64,000 bases of DNA from Kiritimatiellia bacterium (GTDB taxonomy: Bacteria > Verrucomicrobiota > Kiritimatiellia > RFP12 > UBA1067), in the NCBI GenBank assembly GCA_051884915.1, contig JBJEWF010000080.1, positions 2,585 through 66,584 of the forward strand, given 5' to 3'. The translations under genes and the position numbers were made by a program. Under the pieces are notes generated by a model that ran no database searches, was not told the DNA's origin, and saw only the letters and a list, made by a program, of their open reading frames with translations. This document shows positions 18,058-26,721 of this stretch, piece by piece (the first letter of the stretch is position 1; each line of letters starts with the position of its first letter).

Positions 18058-18591
18058 GTGACCAGCATTCTGAACATTCTGCCATGTCTTGCCGTCCCGG
18101 CGCTGCTTCTCGGCGTCGCCGGCTGTTTCAGTCTGGAGTCCACGTCGCTGGCGGCCGACGGCGCCGGCGCCGTCGGCACGGTCCAGGGGGAGGCCGTCGC
18201 GCACGTCGTCGCCTCCAATTACGGATGGTATTTCTTCGACAGGTGGCCGATCGTCTGCGGCAACATCCTGCCCGGCAAGGAAGGCGGGTTCGTGTTTTTC
18301 CGGAACACCGTCGACGAGAAGCCGATGCTGGAGCGGTTCATCGCGCATGCGCGCGAGCGCGACTGCGACGTCGTCGACCTCCAGCTCTTCAACAATGCCG
18401 AAGTCCTCATGACGATCGGGTTCGGGGGGCTGTCCATTCCCCTGCCCTACGTCGTCTCCTTCCGGGACATGCAGTATTCCGGCGTGCTCGTCAGGCGCAC
18501 CGCCCGGACGCGTCCCGCCGACGAGCGGGCGCGCCTGAGCCGCGAGATGAAATCGCTGCTGAACCGGCTGCCCGGCGGAGGTGCCGAATGA
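18058..18591 (+). CDS. Lipoprotein of unknown function, paralogue A
   Basis: Lipobox LLLGVAGC. Start taken as GTG 18058; alternatives are ATG 18010 and GTG 17959, both of which run into the ftsB promoter or gene. Shares an FRNTV-centred core with the next gene. Confidence 0.6.
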   Translation: MTSILNILPCLAVPALLLGVAGCFSLESTSLAADGAGAVGTVQGEAVAHVVASNYGWYFFDRWPIVCGNILPGKEGGFVFFRNTVDEKPMLERFIAHARERDCDVVDLQLFNNAEVLMTIGFGGLSIPLPYVVSFRDMQYSGVLVRRTARTRPADERARLSREMKSLLNRLPGGGAE

Positions 18592-19046
18592 ACCGGCTGC
18601 GCGTCGCCATCGCCACGGGCGTCCTGCTGTTCGCGGCGGGCGGCTGCATGTCCGTCAAGCAGGCTTCCGCCTTCAGGGACGTCAAGGTCGACGCGGGGAA
18701 GACGCCCGTCGCCGTGGTCGAGATCGAGAACTCGGTCTGGCTGCTGCTGAACTTCGTTCCGCTCGGCAGCGGCAACCCCGACCGCCCCAACGGGAACTCG
18801 TGCCGCTGGTTCCGCAACACGGTGTCGCTCGACAACAACATGAAAGTCCTCCGCGCGGCGATGGCCAAGACGGGCGTCCGGGACGTCGCCAACCTGACCA
18901 GCCGCTACACCGACGAGAAATTCCTCTTCTTCCTGCTGGCCCGGCGCGCCTGCCACACGAGCGCCGTGCTCGTCAGGCCGGACCGGGCCGACGGTGGCGC
19001 GGCGCGGCCGGCCGCCGGCCGGAAGTCCCTGAACGGAGAACCCTAA
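18588..19046 (+). CDS. Lipoprotein of unknown function, paralogue B
   Basis: ATG 18588 overlaps the upstream stop (ATGA). MNRLRVAIATGVLLFAAGGC lipobox. WFRNTV core aligns with paralogue A. Confidence 0.7.
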   Translation: MNRLRVAIATGVLLFAAGGCMSVKQASAFRDVKVDAGKTPVAVVEIENSVWLLLNFVPLGSGNPDRPNGNSCRWFRNTVSLDNNMKVLRAAMAKTGVRDVANLTSRYTDEKFLFFLLARRACHTSAVLVRPDRADGGAARPAAGRKSLNGEP

Positions 19047-19051
19047 GAGAT

Positions 19052-20107
19052 ATGAGAATCGCCAGATCCGTCGCGGCGTTGACGCCCTACACGCCGGGCG
19101 AACAGCCCCGGGACCGCCACGTCGTCAAGCTGAACACCAACGAAAACCCCTATCTCCCGTCGCCGCTGGTCGAGCGGGTCCTGAAGGGGTTCGACCTTGA
19201 CCGTCTGCGCCGCTATCCCGACCCCGTGTTCCAGGAACTCCGCGAGAAGATCGCCGGAATCTGGGGGACGACGCCCGAGCGCGTCTTCGTGGGCAACGGT
19301 TCGGACGAGGTCCTGACGCTGATGGCCCGCGCGTTCGTGGACGACGACGAGGCCATCGGCGCGTTCGACCCCTCCTATTCGCTCTACCGGACGCTGGCGG
19401 CCATCCGCAACGTCCCCTTCGTGCCTTCGCCCCTCGCGCCGGACTTCTCCTGGACGGAGCCGGTCGTCGCCGACGGGGCGCGCGCCGTCGCGCTGTTCCT
19501 GCTGACGAACCCCAACGCGCCGACGTCCATCCGCTATCCGGCCGCGCCAATCGCCGCCTTCGCCCGGCGGTTTGCCGGCGTGGTCGTCGTCGACGAGGCC
19601 TACGCCGACTTCGCGGACGGGAACTGCGTCGGCCTGGCGACGGCGGCGGACAACCGGAACGTCATCGTGATGCGGACGCTGTCCAAGAGCTTTTCGCTGG
19701 CGGGCCTGCGTCTGGGCTTCTGCATCGGGCCGGCCGATCTGATCGGCGCCCTGTACAAGGTCAAGGACTCGTACAATTGCGACGCCCTGGCCCAGGCCGC
19801 GGCCCTCGCCGCGCTGTCCGACCTCCCGTGGATGAGGCGGAACGTCGCCAAGGTCGTCAAGTCGCGCGAGGAGACGGCCGCGCGTCTCAGGGCCCGGGGG
19901 TGGGACGTGCCGCCGTCGCAGACGAACTTCCTGTTCGCGCGGCCCGCGCACCGCCCGGCCGCCGCGATCTTCGAGTCGCTCCGCGCGCGCGGGATTTTCG
20001 TGCGCCACTTCCCCGGCCCGCGGACGGGCGAGCGCCTGCGCATCACGATCGGCACGGACGCCGACATGCAGACGCTGCTGGCGGCGCTGGCGGACTTGGA
20101 CGTTTGA
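19052..20107 (+). CDS. hisC: Histidinol-phosphate aminotransferase
   Basis: 351 aa. KLNTNENPY substrate motif and the PLP-lysine block RTLSKSFSLAGLRLG. Confidence 0.9.
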   Translation: MRIARSVAALTPYTPGEQPRDRHVVKLNTNENPYLPSPLVERVLKGFDLDRLRRYPDPVFQELREKIAGIWGTTPERVFVGNGSDEVLTLMARAFVDDDEAIGAFDPSYSLYRTLAAIRNVPFVPSPLAPDFSWTEPVVADGARAVALFLLTNPNAPTSIRYPAAPIAAFARRFAGVVVVDEAYADFADGNCVGLATAADNRNVIVMRTLSKSFSLAGLRLGFCIGPADLIGALYKVKDSYNCDALAQAAALAALSDLPWMRRNVAKVVKSREETAARLRARGWDVPPSQTNFLFARPAHRPAAAIFESLRARGIFVRHFPGPRTGERLRITIGTDADMQTLLAALADLDV

Positions 20108-20141
20108 ACGTGAAGAACCCCCGAAACCGAAAAGGATTAAC

Positions 20142-21443
20142 ATGAACCCGATCTCGAAACCCGATTTCATGCCCCTCCCGGAACTGCGGGCCATGCAGCT
20201 GGCGAAGCTGCAGAAGCTCATTCCCTACGAATACGAGCGCGTGGCGCTGTTTCGCCGGCGCTGCGACGAAAAAGGCGTGAAGCCGCGCGACCTGGTGACG
20301 CTCAAGGACCTTGCCAAGTTCCCGTTCATGAAGAAAACGGACCTCCGCGACGAGTATCCGTACGGCCTCACCGCCGCGCCGATGGGCGAGATCAACCGGT
20401 TCCACTGCTCGTCGGGCACGACCGGCAAGCCGATCTGCATTCCCCAGACGAAGGAGGACGTCCGGATCTGGACCGAGGGCGTCGCGCGCTGCATGGCGAT
20501 GTACGGCATCACGAAAGACGACGTCGTCCAGGTCTCCTACGGCTACGGGCTTTTCACGGGCGGCCTCGGCGCGCACTACGGCGCGGAGGCGCTGGGGTGC
20601 GCCGTGCTGCCGACGGGCGCGGGCAACACCGAAAAGCAGATCATGCTCATGCAGGACCTGGGCGTCACGGCCATCTGCTGCACGCCGAGCTACTTCCTCC
20701 ACCTGGCGACCGTGGCCGAAAAGCTGGGCATCGACTTCCGCCGCGACACCAAGCTCAAGCACGGCGTCTTCGGCGCCGAACCCTGGACCGACGAAATCCG
20801 CGCCAAGATCGAACAGATCTCCGGCATCACCGCGCACGACATCTACGGCCTTACCGAGATCGCCGGCCCGGGCGTGGCGGGCAACTGCGAGTTCTGCCAC
20901 GGCCTGCACGTGTGGGAAGACCATTTCTATCCGGAAATCATCGACCCCGACACGCTGGAGGTCCTTCCCGACGGCGAAGAGGGCGAACTCGTCTTCACGA
21001 CGCTCGACCGCTTCGGCACGCCGATGATCCGCTACCGCACGCGCGACCTGTCCCGCCTCCAGGTCGGGACGTGCGCCTGCGGCCGCACGATGCGCGTGAT
21101 GGACCGCGTCCACGCCCGCAGCGACGACATGCTCATCATCCACGGCGTCAACGTGTTCCCGAGCCAGATCGAGGCCTGCCTGATGAAAGTCCCCGAGATC
21201 GCGCCGCACTACATGATCGAGCTTTCGTCCACGGACACGATGGACCTCTTCGAACTCAAGGTCGAGGTCACCGCCGAGACGTTCTCGGATTCCGTCTCCG
21301 CCATGGAGGCGATCCGCAAGCGCGTGGCCGCGTCCATCAAGGAAATCGTCGGCCTCTCCCCGAAGATCTACCTCGTGGCGCCCGGCACCCTTCCGCGCAG
21401 CCAGGGCAAGATCAAGCGCGTCGTCGACAACCGCAGGAAATAG
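20142..21443 (+). CDS. paaK: Phenylacetate-CoA ligase family (aryl-acetate/indoleacetate adenylating enzyme)
   Basis: 433 aa. FHCSSGTTGKPI adenylation motif, YGLTE, and a KIKRVVD C-terminal lysine block. Followed by an ACT-domain gene, as is typical for this family. Confidence 0.85.
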   Translation: MNPISKPDFMPLPELRAMQLAKLQKLIPYEYERVALFRRRCDEKGVKPRDLVTLKDLAKFPFMKKTDLRDEYPYGLTAAPMGEINRFHCSSGTTGKPICIPQTKEDVRIWTEGVARCMAMYGITKDDVVQVSYGYGLFTGGLGAHYGAEALGCAVLPTGAGNTEKQIMLMQDLGVTAICCTPSYFLHLATVAEKLGIDFRRDTKLKHGVFGAEPWTDEIRAKIEQISGITAHDIYGLTEIAGPGVAGNCEFCHGLHVWEDHFYPEIIDPDTLEVLPDGEEGELVFTTLDRFGTPMIRYRTRDLSRLQVGTCACGRTMRVMDRVHARSDDMLIIHGVNVFPSQIEACLMKVPEIAPHYMIELSSTDTMDLFELKVEVTAETFSDSVSAMEAIRKRVAASIKEIVGLSPKIYLVAPGTLPRSQGKIKRVVDNRRK

Positions 21444-21467
21444 ACCGTCGAACAAAGGAGTCCGCAC

Positions 21468-21905
21468 ATGACCATCAACCAAACGTCCGTCTTCATGGAG
21501 AACAGGGTCGGCCAGCTCGCGCAGGTCTGCAAGGTCCTCGCCGACAACGGCATCTCGCTCGTCACGCTCTCCACCGCGGAGACGCAGGATTTCGGCATCG
21601 CCCGCCTGATCGTCGACGACCACGACAGGGCCGAAACCGTCCTCCGGTCGAACAAGTTCCTCGTCAAGACGACGCCCGTCGTCGCCGTGACGGTCCCCGA
21701 CCGCGCCGGCGGCATGGCGCAGGTCGTCTCCACGCTTTCCGAAAAGGGATGCGACATCGAGTACTCCTACGCATTCGCGTTCCACAACGGCGAGAAGGCC
21801 GTGCTCGTCTTCCGCTTCAAGGACAACGACCTGGCCCAGTCCGTTCTCGCCGAGGCCGGGTTCGCCACGCTGTCCGAAAGCCAGCTCCAGGAGGCCGCGA
21901 AATAG
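21468..21905 (+). CDS. Tandem ACT-domain protein
   Basis: 145 aa. Two repeats of the ENRVGQLAQVCKVLADNGI / PDRAGGMAQVVSTLSEKGC type. ATG is preceded by AAAGGAG. Confidence 0.8.
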   Translation: MTINQTSVFMENRVGQLAQVCKVLADNGISLVTLSTAETQDFGIARLIVDDHDRAETVLRSNKFLVKTTPVVAVTVPDRAGGMAQVVSTLSEKGCDIEYSYAFAFHNGEKAVLVFRFKDNDLAQSVLAEAGFATLSESQLQEAAK

Positions 21906-21906
21906 C

Positions 21907-23304
21907 ATGAAATTCACCAGCACCCGTTCCGAAACCGAAAACGGCTCCCTTGCCTGCGTCCTCCGCGGTCTCGCCCCGGACGGCGGCCTGTTCGTGCCCC
22001 GCACGGTCGGGAAAGTCGACGTGTCCGCCTGCACGACGCTGGAAAGCGCCGAACGCGTCGCGCTCGGCGCGGTCTTCGACGACATCCCGGACGGCGTCCG
22101 CGAAGACGCCATCCGCAATCTGCTCGCGAAGTTCCCCGCCGGGGATCCGGTTCCGCTCGTCGATGCGGACGGCTTCAGGATCCTCGAACTCTTCCACGGC
22201 CCGACGGGCGCGTTCAAGGACGTCGCCCTTTCGGTGCTGCCCGTCCTGATGGTCGCGGCGGCGGAAGGCCGGCGCGTGCTCATTCTCACGGCGACGTCGG
22301 GCGACACCGGTTCGGCCGCCATGGCGGGGTTCGCCGACGTGCCCGGCATCGAAATCGCCGTGTTCTTCCCGAACACGGGCACCTCGCGCATCCAGCGGCT
22401 GCAGATGACGACGCCCGCCGCGAAGAACGTGCACGGCATCGCCATCCGCGGCAACTTCGACGACGCCCAGGCGGCGGTGAAGCGCATCTTCTCCGACCCC
22501 GCGATCCGCGCGGCGGCGGAAGCGGCCGGCGTGACGCTTTCCTCGGCCAACTCGATCAACATCGGGCGCCTCGTGCCGCAGATCGGCTACTATCTCCTTG
22601 CCGCGGCCCGGCTCGGCACGGCCTTCGACGTCGTCGTCCCCAGCGGCAACTTCGGCAACATCCTCGCCGCCTACTACGCGAAGCTGATGGGCGCGCCGGT
22701 CCGCAGGTTCGTCTGCGCCTCCAACGTCAACGACGTGCTGACGCGCTTCATCGCGACCGGCGTCTACGATCCGGGCGCGCGCTTCACGGTCACCAACTCG
22801 CCTTCGATGGACATTCGCAAAAGCTCGAACGTCGAGCGTCTGCTGTGGCTCGTCAACGGCGGGCTGGAGGACCCCGGCGCCGCGGCGGCCGAGACCCGGC
22901 GGCTCATGGAGGACTTCGCCGCCACCGGCACCTATGGGCTGAACGCCGCGGCCACGGCCCGCCTCCAGGCCGATTTCGCCGGCGCCTTTGCGACGCCGGA
23001 GGAGACGGAAGCGGAAATGCGCCTGATGCGCGACGCCTGCGGCTACGTGCTCGACCCGCACACGGCCGTCGCCACGGCGGTCGCCCGCAAGCTGGGCTTC
23101 CCCCGCGACGGCGTGCCCTGCGTGGTCGCGGCCACGGCCACGCCCTACAAGTTCCCCGAGACGTGCCGGCGCGCGTTCGGGCGCGACGTGCTCACGGACC
23201 CGCCCGCGTCGTTCGTGGCGATGGAGAAGGCGCCCGTCACGCAGACGCAGGTCGTCGACGTCGGCCAGATCGACGACGCCGTGGCCGCGCTGTTCACGGC
23301 CTGA
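21907..23304 (+). CDS. thrC: Threonine synthase (long form)
   Basis: 465 aa. GLAPDGGLFVP N-terminal block and the PLP-lysine block FHGPTGAFKD. Confidence 0.9.
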   Translation: MKFTSTRSETENGSLACVLRGLAPDGGLFVPRTVGKVDVSACTTLESAERVALGAVFDDIPDGVREDAIRNLLAKFPAGDPVPLVDADGFRILELFHGPTGAFKDVALSVLPVLMVAAAEGRRVLILTATSGDTGSAAMAGFADVPGIEIAVFFPNTGTSRIQRLQMTTPAAKNVHGIAIRGNFDDAQAAVKRIFSDPAIRAAAEAAGVTLSSANSINIGRLVPQIGYYLLAAARLGTAFDVVVPSGNFGNILAAYYAKLMGAPVRRFVCASNVNDVLTRFIATGVYDPGARFTVTNSPSMDIRKSSNVERLLWLVNGGLEDPGAAAAETRRLMEDFAATGTYGLNAAATARLQADFAGAFATPEETEAEMRLMRDACGYVLDPHTAVATAVARKLGFPRDGVPCVVAATATPYKFPETCRRAFGRDVLTDPPASFVAMEKAPVTQTQVVDVGQIDDAVAALFTA

Positions 23305-23333
23305 GCGCGCCGGCCCGTCCATCCCGCCGACAG

Positions 23334-23365
23334 AAAAACCCGGATCGCGCGATCCGGGTTTTTCT
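23334..23365. terminator. Bidirectional intrinsic terminator between convergent thrC and carB
   Basis: Perfect palindrome ACCCGGATCGCGCGATCCGGGT flanked by AAAAA on one side and TTTTT on the other. Confidence 0.85.
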
Positions 23366-23389
23366 TTGCGCGCGCGCGGCCGCGGCGCG

Positions 23390-26300
23390 TCACGTCCGGA
23401 TCGACGCGTGGTAGCTCTGGAGCGAGCGGACCTCGCCCTTGCCCTCGCGGGCCGCCTTGATGCCTTCCGACGCGGCGAGCGCGGCGGCCACCGTCGTCAG
23501 ATACGGCACGCGGTACTTGATCGCGGCCCGGCGGATCGAGTTGTCGTCGGCGCGCGCGTCGCGCCGGCCGGACGGCGTGTTGAGGATCAGGCAGACCTCG
23601 CGGTTCTTGACGAGATCGAGCACGTCCGGACGGCCCTGGCCGATTTTCGCGACCATCGTCGCGGCAACGCCCTTCTCCCACAGGAACTTGACCGTACCTT
23701 CCGTCCCCACGATCTCGAAGCCGAGATCCGTCAGCGTCTTCGCGGCGACGGCCGCGTCGTCCGTCTTCACGGAAAGCGAAACGAGCACCTTGCCCGGCTG
23801 AATCGGCAGCGGCAGCCCCGCGGCCTCCTGCGACTTGTAGTACGCCAGGCCAAAGGTGTCCGCCAGGCCGAGCACTTCGCCCGTCGAGCGCATCTCCGGC
23901 CCGAGGACGGGATCGACCTCCGGGAACTTCTCGAAGGGCATGACGGCTTCCTTCACGCCGTAGTACGGCACCACGTGGCGGCGGTCGAGGCCGAGCTGCT
24001 CCACCGTCTCGCCCAGCATCAGCCGCACGGCGATCGGCGCCATCTGCGTTCCCGCGACCTTCGACACCAGCGGCACCGTGCGGGACGCGCGCGGATTGGC
24101 CTCGATCACGTAGACCTTGCCGTTCTCGATCGCGAACTGCATGTTCATCAGGCCGACGACCTTCAGCTCCTCCGCGATGCGGCGCGTGTAGTCGAGAATG
24201 GTCGCCCGGTTCTCCTCGCTGATCGTCGCCGGCGGCAGCACGCAGGCGGAGTCGCCCGAATGGACGCCCGCGAGCTCGACATGCTGCATGATCGCGGGGA
24301 TGAAGACCTTCTTGCCGTCCGACAGCGCGTCGGCCTCGCACTCCAGGGCGTGGCACAGGAAGCGGTCGAGATACAGCGGCCGGTCGGGCGTCACGCCGAC
24401 GGCCTTGTCCACGTATTCGCGCAGCATCTGCTCGTCGTGGATGACTTCCATCCCGCGCCCGCCCAGCACGAAGGAGGGCCGGATGATCAGCGGATAGCCC
24501 AGGCTGTTCGCGACCTTGACGGCGCCCGCGATGTCCGAGGCCATGTCCGACTCCGGCATCGGGATGCCGAGGCGGTTCATGATGGAGTGGAAGAGGTCGC
24601 GGTCCTCGGCGGCGTCGATCGAGTCGACGCTCGTGCCGAGAATGTTGCAGCCGGCCTCCTGGAGGTCGCGCGCGATGTTGAGCGGCGTCTGGCCGCCGAA
24701 CTGGACAATCACGCCGAGCGGCTTTTCCGCGCGGTAGATCTGCAGCACGTCCTCCAGCGTCACCGGCTCGAAATAGAGCCGGTCGGACGTGTCGTAGTCC
24801 GTGGACACCGTCTCGGGATTGCAGTTGACCATGATGGTCTCGTACCCCCGCTCGCGCATCGCCAGCGCCGCGTGCGTGCAGCAGTAGTCGAATTCGATGC
24901 CCTGGCCGATGCGGTTCGGACCGCCGCCCAGAATCATGATCTTCTTCCGGTTGTCCGAAACCGGGACCTCGCTCGCCGCGCCGTTGTAGGACGAATAGTA
25001 GTAGGCCTGGTTCTCGACGCCCGAAACCGGCACCGCATGCCAGGTCTCGACGCAGCCCAGCGCCTCGCGCCGCTCGCGGATCGCCTTCTCCGGAACCTTG
25101 AGGAGCTGGGAGAGGTACTTGTCGCTGAAGCCGTCCTTCTTGGCCCGGACCAGAAGATCGTCCGGCGGGAGCATGCCCCTGAACGCCAGGATCTTCTCCT
25201 CTTCCTGGACGAGCTCGCGCATCTGGTCGACGAAATACGCCTTGACGCCCGTGAGCCTGAAGATCTGCTCGTCCGTCGCGCCCTTGCGCAGCGCCTCGTA
25301 CATCTGGAAGTGGCGCTCCGAGTTCGGAACCGACAGCAGCTTGAGCAGTTCGTCCAGCGACTTCTCGTGGAAGTCTTTCGCGAAACCCAGCCCCGCACGG
25401 CCCTTCTCAAGGCCGCGGATCGCCTTCTGCAGCGCTTCCTTGTAGGTCTTGCCGATGGACATCACCTCGCCGACGGCCTTCATCTGCGTGCCGAGGCGGT
25501 CCTCGACGGCGCGGAACTTCTCGAAGGCCCAGCGCGCGAACTTCAGGACGACGTAGTCGCCGCTCGGCGTGTACTTTTCAAGCGTTCCGTCGCGCCAGTA
25601 GGGGATCTCGTCCATCGTCATGCCGGCGGCGAGCTTCGCCGAAACGAGCGCGATCGGGAAACCCGTCGCCTTGGAGGCGAGAGCGGACGAACGGGACGTG
25701 CGCGGATTGATCTCGATGATGACCACGCGGCCCGTCTTCGGGTCGTGCGCGAACTGCACGTTCGTGCCGCCGATGACGCCGATGGACTCGACGATCTTGA
25801 ACGCATCGCGCTGCAGACGCTCTTCCAGGCGCTTGTCGATCGTCAGGAACGGCGCCGCGCAGAAGCTGTCGCCCGTGTGGACGCCGACCGCGTCGATGTT
25901 CTCGATGAAGCAGACCGCGATCATCTGGTTCTTCGCGTCGCGGACGACCTCGACTTCAAGCTCCTCCCAGTCGAGAATGGACTCCTCGATCAGGCACTGG
26001 TGCGTCAGCGAGGCCTCAAGGCCGCGCGCGCAGATCGTGCGCAGCTCTTCCTCGTTGTAGCAGAAGCCGCCGCCGGCGCCGCCCATCGTGTAGGCCGGGC
26101 GCACGACGACGGGGTAGCCGATTTCGTCGCGGACGAGCCCGACCGCGCTCTCGACGTCGTGGACAATGCCCGAACGGGGCGTCTCGATGCCGAGCTTCTG
26201 CATCGTGGCCTTGAACACCTCGCGGTCCTCGCCGCGCTCGATGGCGTCCAGATTCACGCCGATGACCTTCACGCCGTACTTGGCGAGAATCCCCTTCCGG

Positions 26301-26605
26301 GCCAGGCTCGTGGAGAGGTTGAGGCCCGTCTGCCCGCCCAGGTTCGGCAAAATGGCGTCGGGCCGCTCCTTCGCGATGATCTGCTCCAGGCGCTCCTCGT
26401 TCAGCGGCTCGATGTACGTGGCGTCCGCCATCACGGGATCGGTCATGATGGTCGCCGGATTCGAATTCACCAGCACGACCTTGTAGCCGCAGGCCCGGAG
26501 GGCCTTGCACGCCTGGGTGCCCGAATAGTCGAATTCACAAGCCTGTCCAATGACAATCGGACCCGACCCGATGATCAATATTTTGTCCACGTCTGCACGC
26601 TTCAT
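23390..26605 (-). CDS. carB: Carbamoyl-phosphate synthase large subunit
   Basis: 1071 aa. Duplicated ATP-grasp halves (IIGSGPIVIGQACEFDYSGTQA and ILGGGPNRIGQGIEFDYCC) and a C-terminal MGS-like domain. Confidence 0.97.
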   Translation of the reverse strand: MKRADVDKILIIGSGPIVIGQACEFDYSGTQACKALRACGYKVVLVNSNPATIMTDPVMADATYIEPLNEERLEQIIAKERPDAILPNLGGQTGLNLSTSLARKGILAKYGVKVIGVNLDAIERGEDREVFKATMQKLGIETPRSGIVHDVESAVGLVRDEIGYPVVVRPAYTMGGAGGGFCYNEEELRTICARGLEASLTHQCLIEESILDWEELEVEVVRDAKNQMIAVCFIENIDAVGVHTGDSFCAAPFLTIDKRLEERLQRDAFKIVESIGVIGGTNVQFAHDPKTGRVVIIEINPRTSRSSALASKATGFPIALVSAKLAAGMTMDEIPYWRDGTLEKYTPSGDYVVLKFARWAFEKFRAVEDRLGTQMKAVGEVMSIGKTYKEALQKAIRGLEKGRAGLGFAKDFHEKSLDELLKLLSVPNSERHFQMYEALRKGATDEQIFRLTGVKAYFVDQMRELVQEEEKILAFRGMLPPDDLLVRAKKDGFSDKYLSQLLKVPEKAIRERREALGCVETWHAVPVSGVENQAYYYSSYNGAASEVPVSDNRKKIMILGGGPNRIGQGIEFDYCCTHAALAMRERGYETIMVNCNPETVSTDYDTSDRLYFEPVTLEDVLQIYRAEKPLGVIVQFGGQTPLNIARDLQEAGCNILGTSVDSIDAAEDRDLFHSIMNRLGIPMPESDMASDIAGAVKVANSLGYPLIIRPSFVLGGRGMEVIHDEQMLREYVDKAVGVTPDRPLYLDRFLCHALECEADALSDGKKVFIPAIMQHVELAGVHSGDSACVLPPATISEENRATILDYTRRIAEELKVVGLMNMQFAIENGKVYVIEANPRASRTVPLVSKVAGTQMAPIAVRLMLGETVEQLGLDRRHVVPYYGVKEAVMPFEKFPEVDPVLGPEMRSTGEVLGLADTFGLAYYKSQEAAGLPLPIQPGKVLVSLSVKTDDAAVAAKTLTDLGFEIVGTEGTVKFLWEKGVAATMVAKIGQGRPDVLDLVKNREVCLILNTPSGRRDARADDNSIRRAAIKYRVPYLTTVAAALAASEGIKAAREGKGEVRSLQSYHASIRT

Positions 26606-26663
26606 GAGCCTAAACCTTTCCTGCGACCGAGCGCAACCGATAAACTTCCGAAACCGGGGTTAC

Positions 26664-26669
26664 ATTGTA
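26664..26669 (-). promoter_or_regulatory. Candidate -10 box TACAAT for carB
   Basis: Minus strand reads CCGGTACAATGTAACC about 58 nt upstream of ATG 26605. An AGGAAAGG ribosome-binding site sits near the start. Confidence 0.35.
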
Positions 26670-26701
26670 CCGGAACGCCCCAGCGCCATCAAGTGAAAAT
26701 G

Positions 26702-26710
26702 TGATAAAAT
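26702..26710 (+). promoter_or_regulatory. Extended -10 promoter TGaTAAAAT for the U32 gene
   Basis: AATGTGATAAAATACGGCCGTCCC ends 11 nt before ATG 26722. The string closely matches the tRNA-Arg promoter at 62647-62672. Confidence 0.5.
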
Positions 26711-26721
26711 ACGGCCGTCCC

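Noticed and set aside
21455-21470. Shared string AAAGGAGTCCGCA upstream of ATG 21468 and ATG 43274 as a possible regulatory motif
   Set aside because: Most simply it is a Shine-Dalgarno site plus chance similarity over 13 nt. Two copies are not enough to infer a motif.
23366-26704. 1112-aa plus-strand ORF antisense to carB
   Set aside because: carB on the minus strand is unambiguous. The antisense translation is compositionally biased filler.
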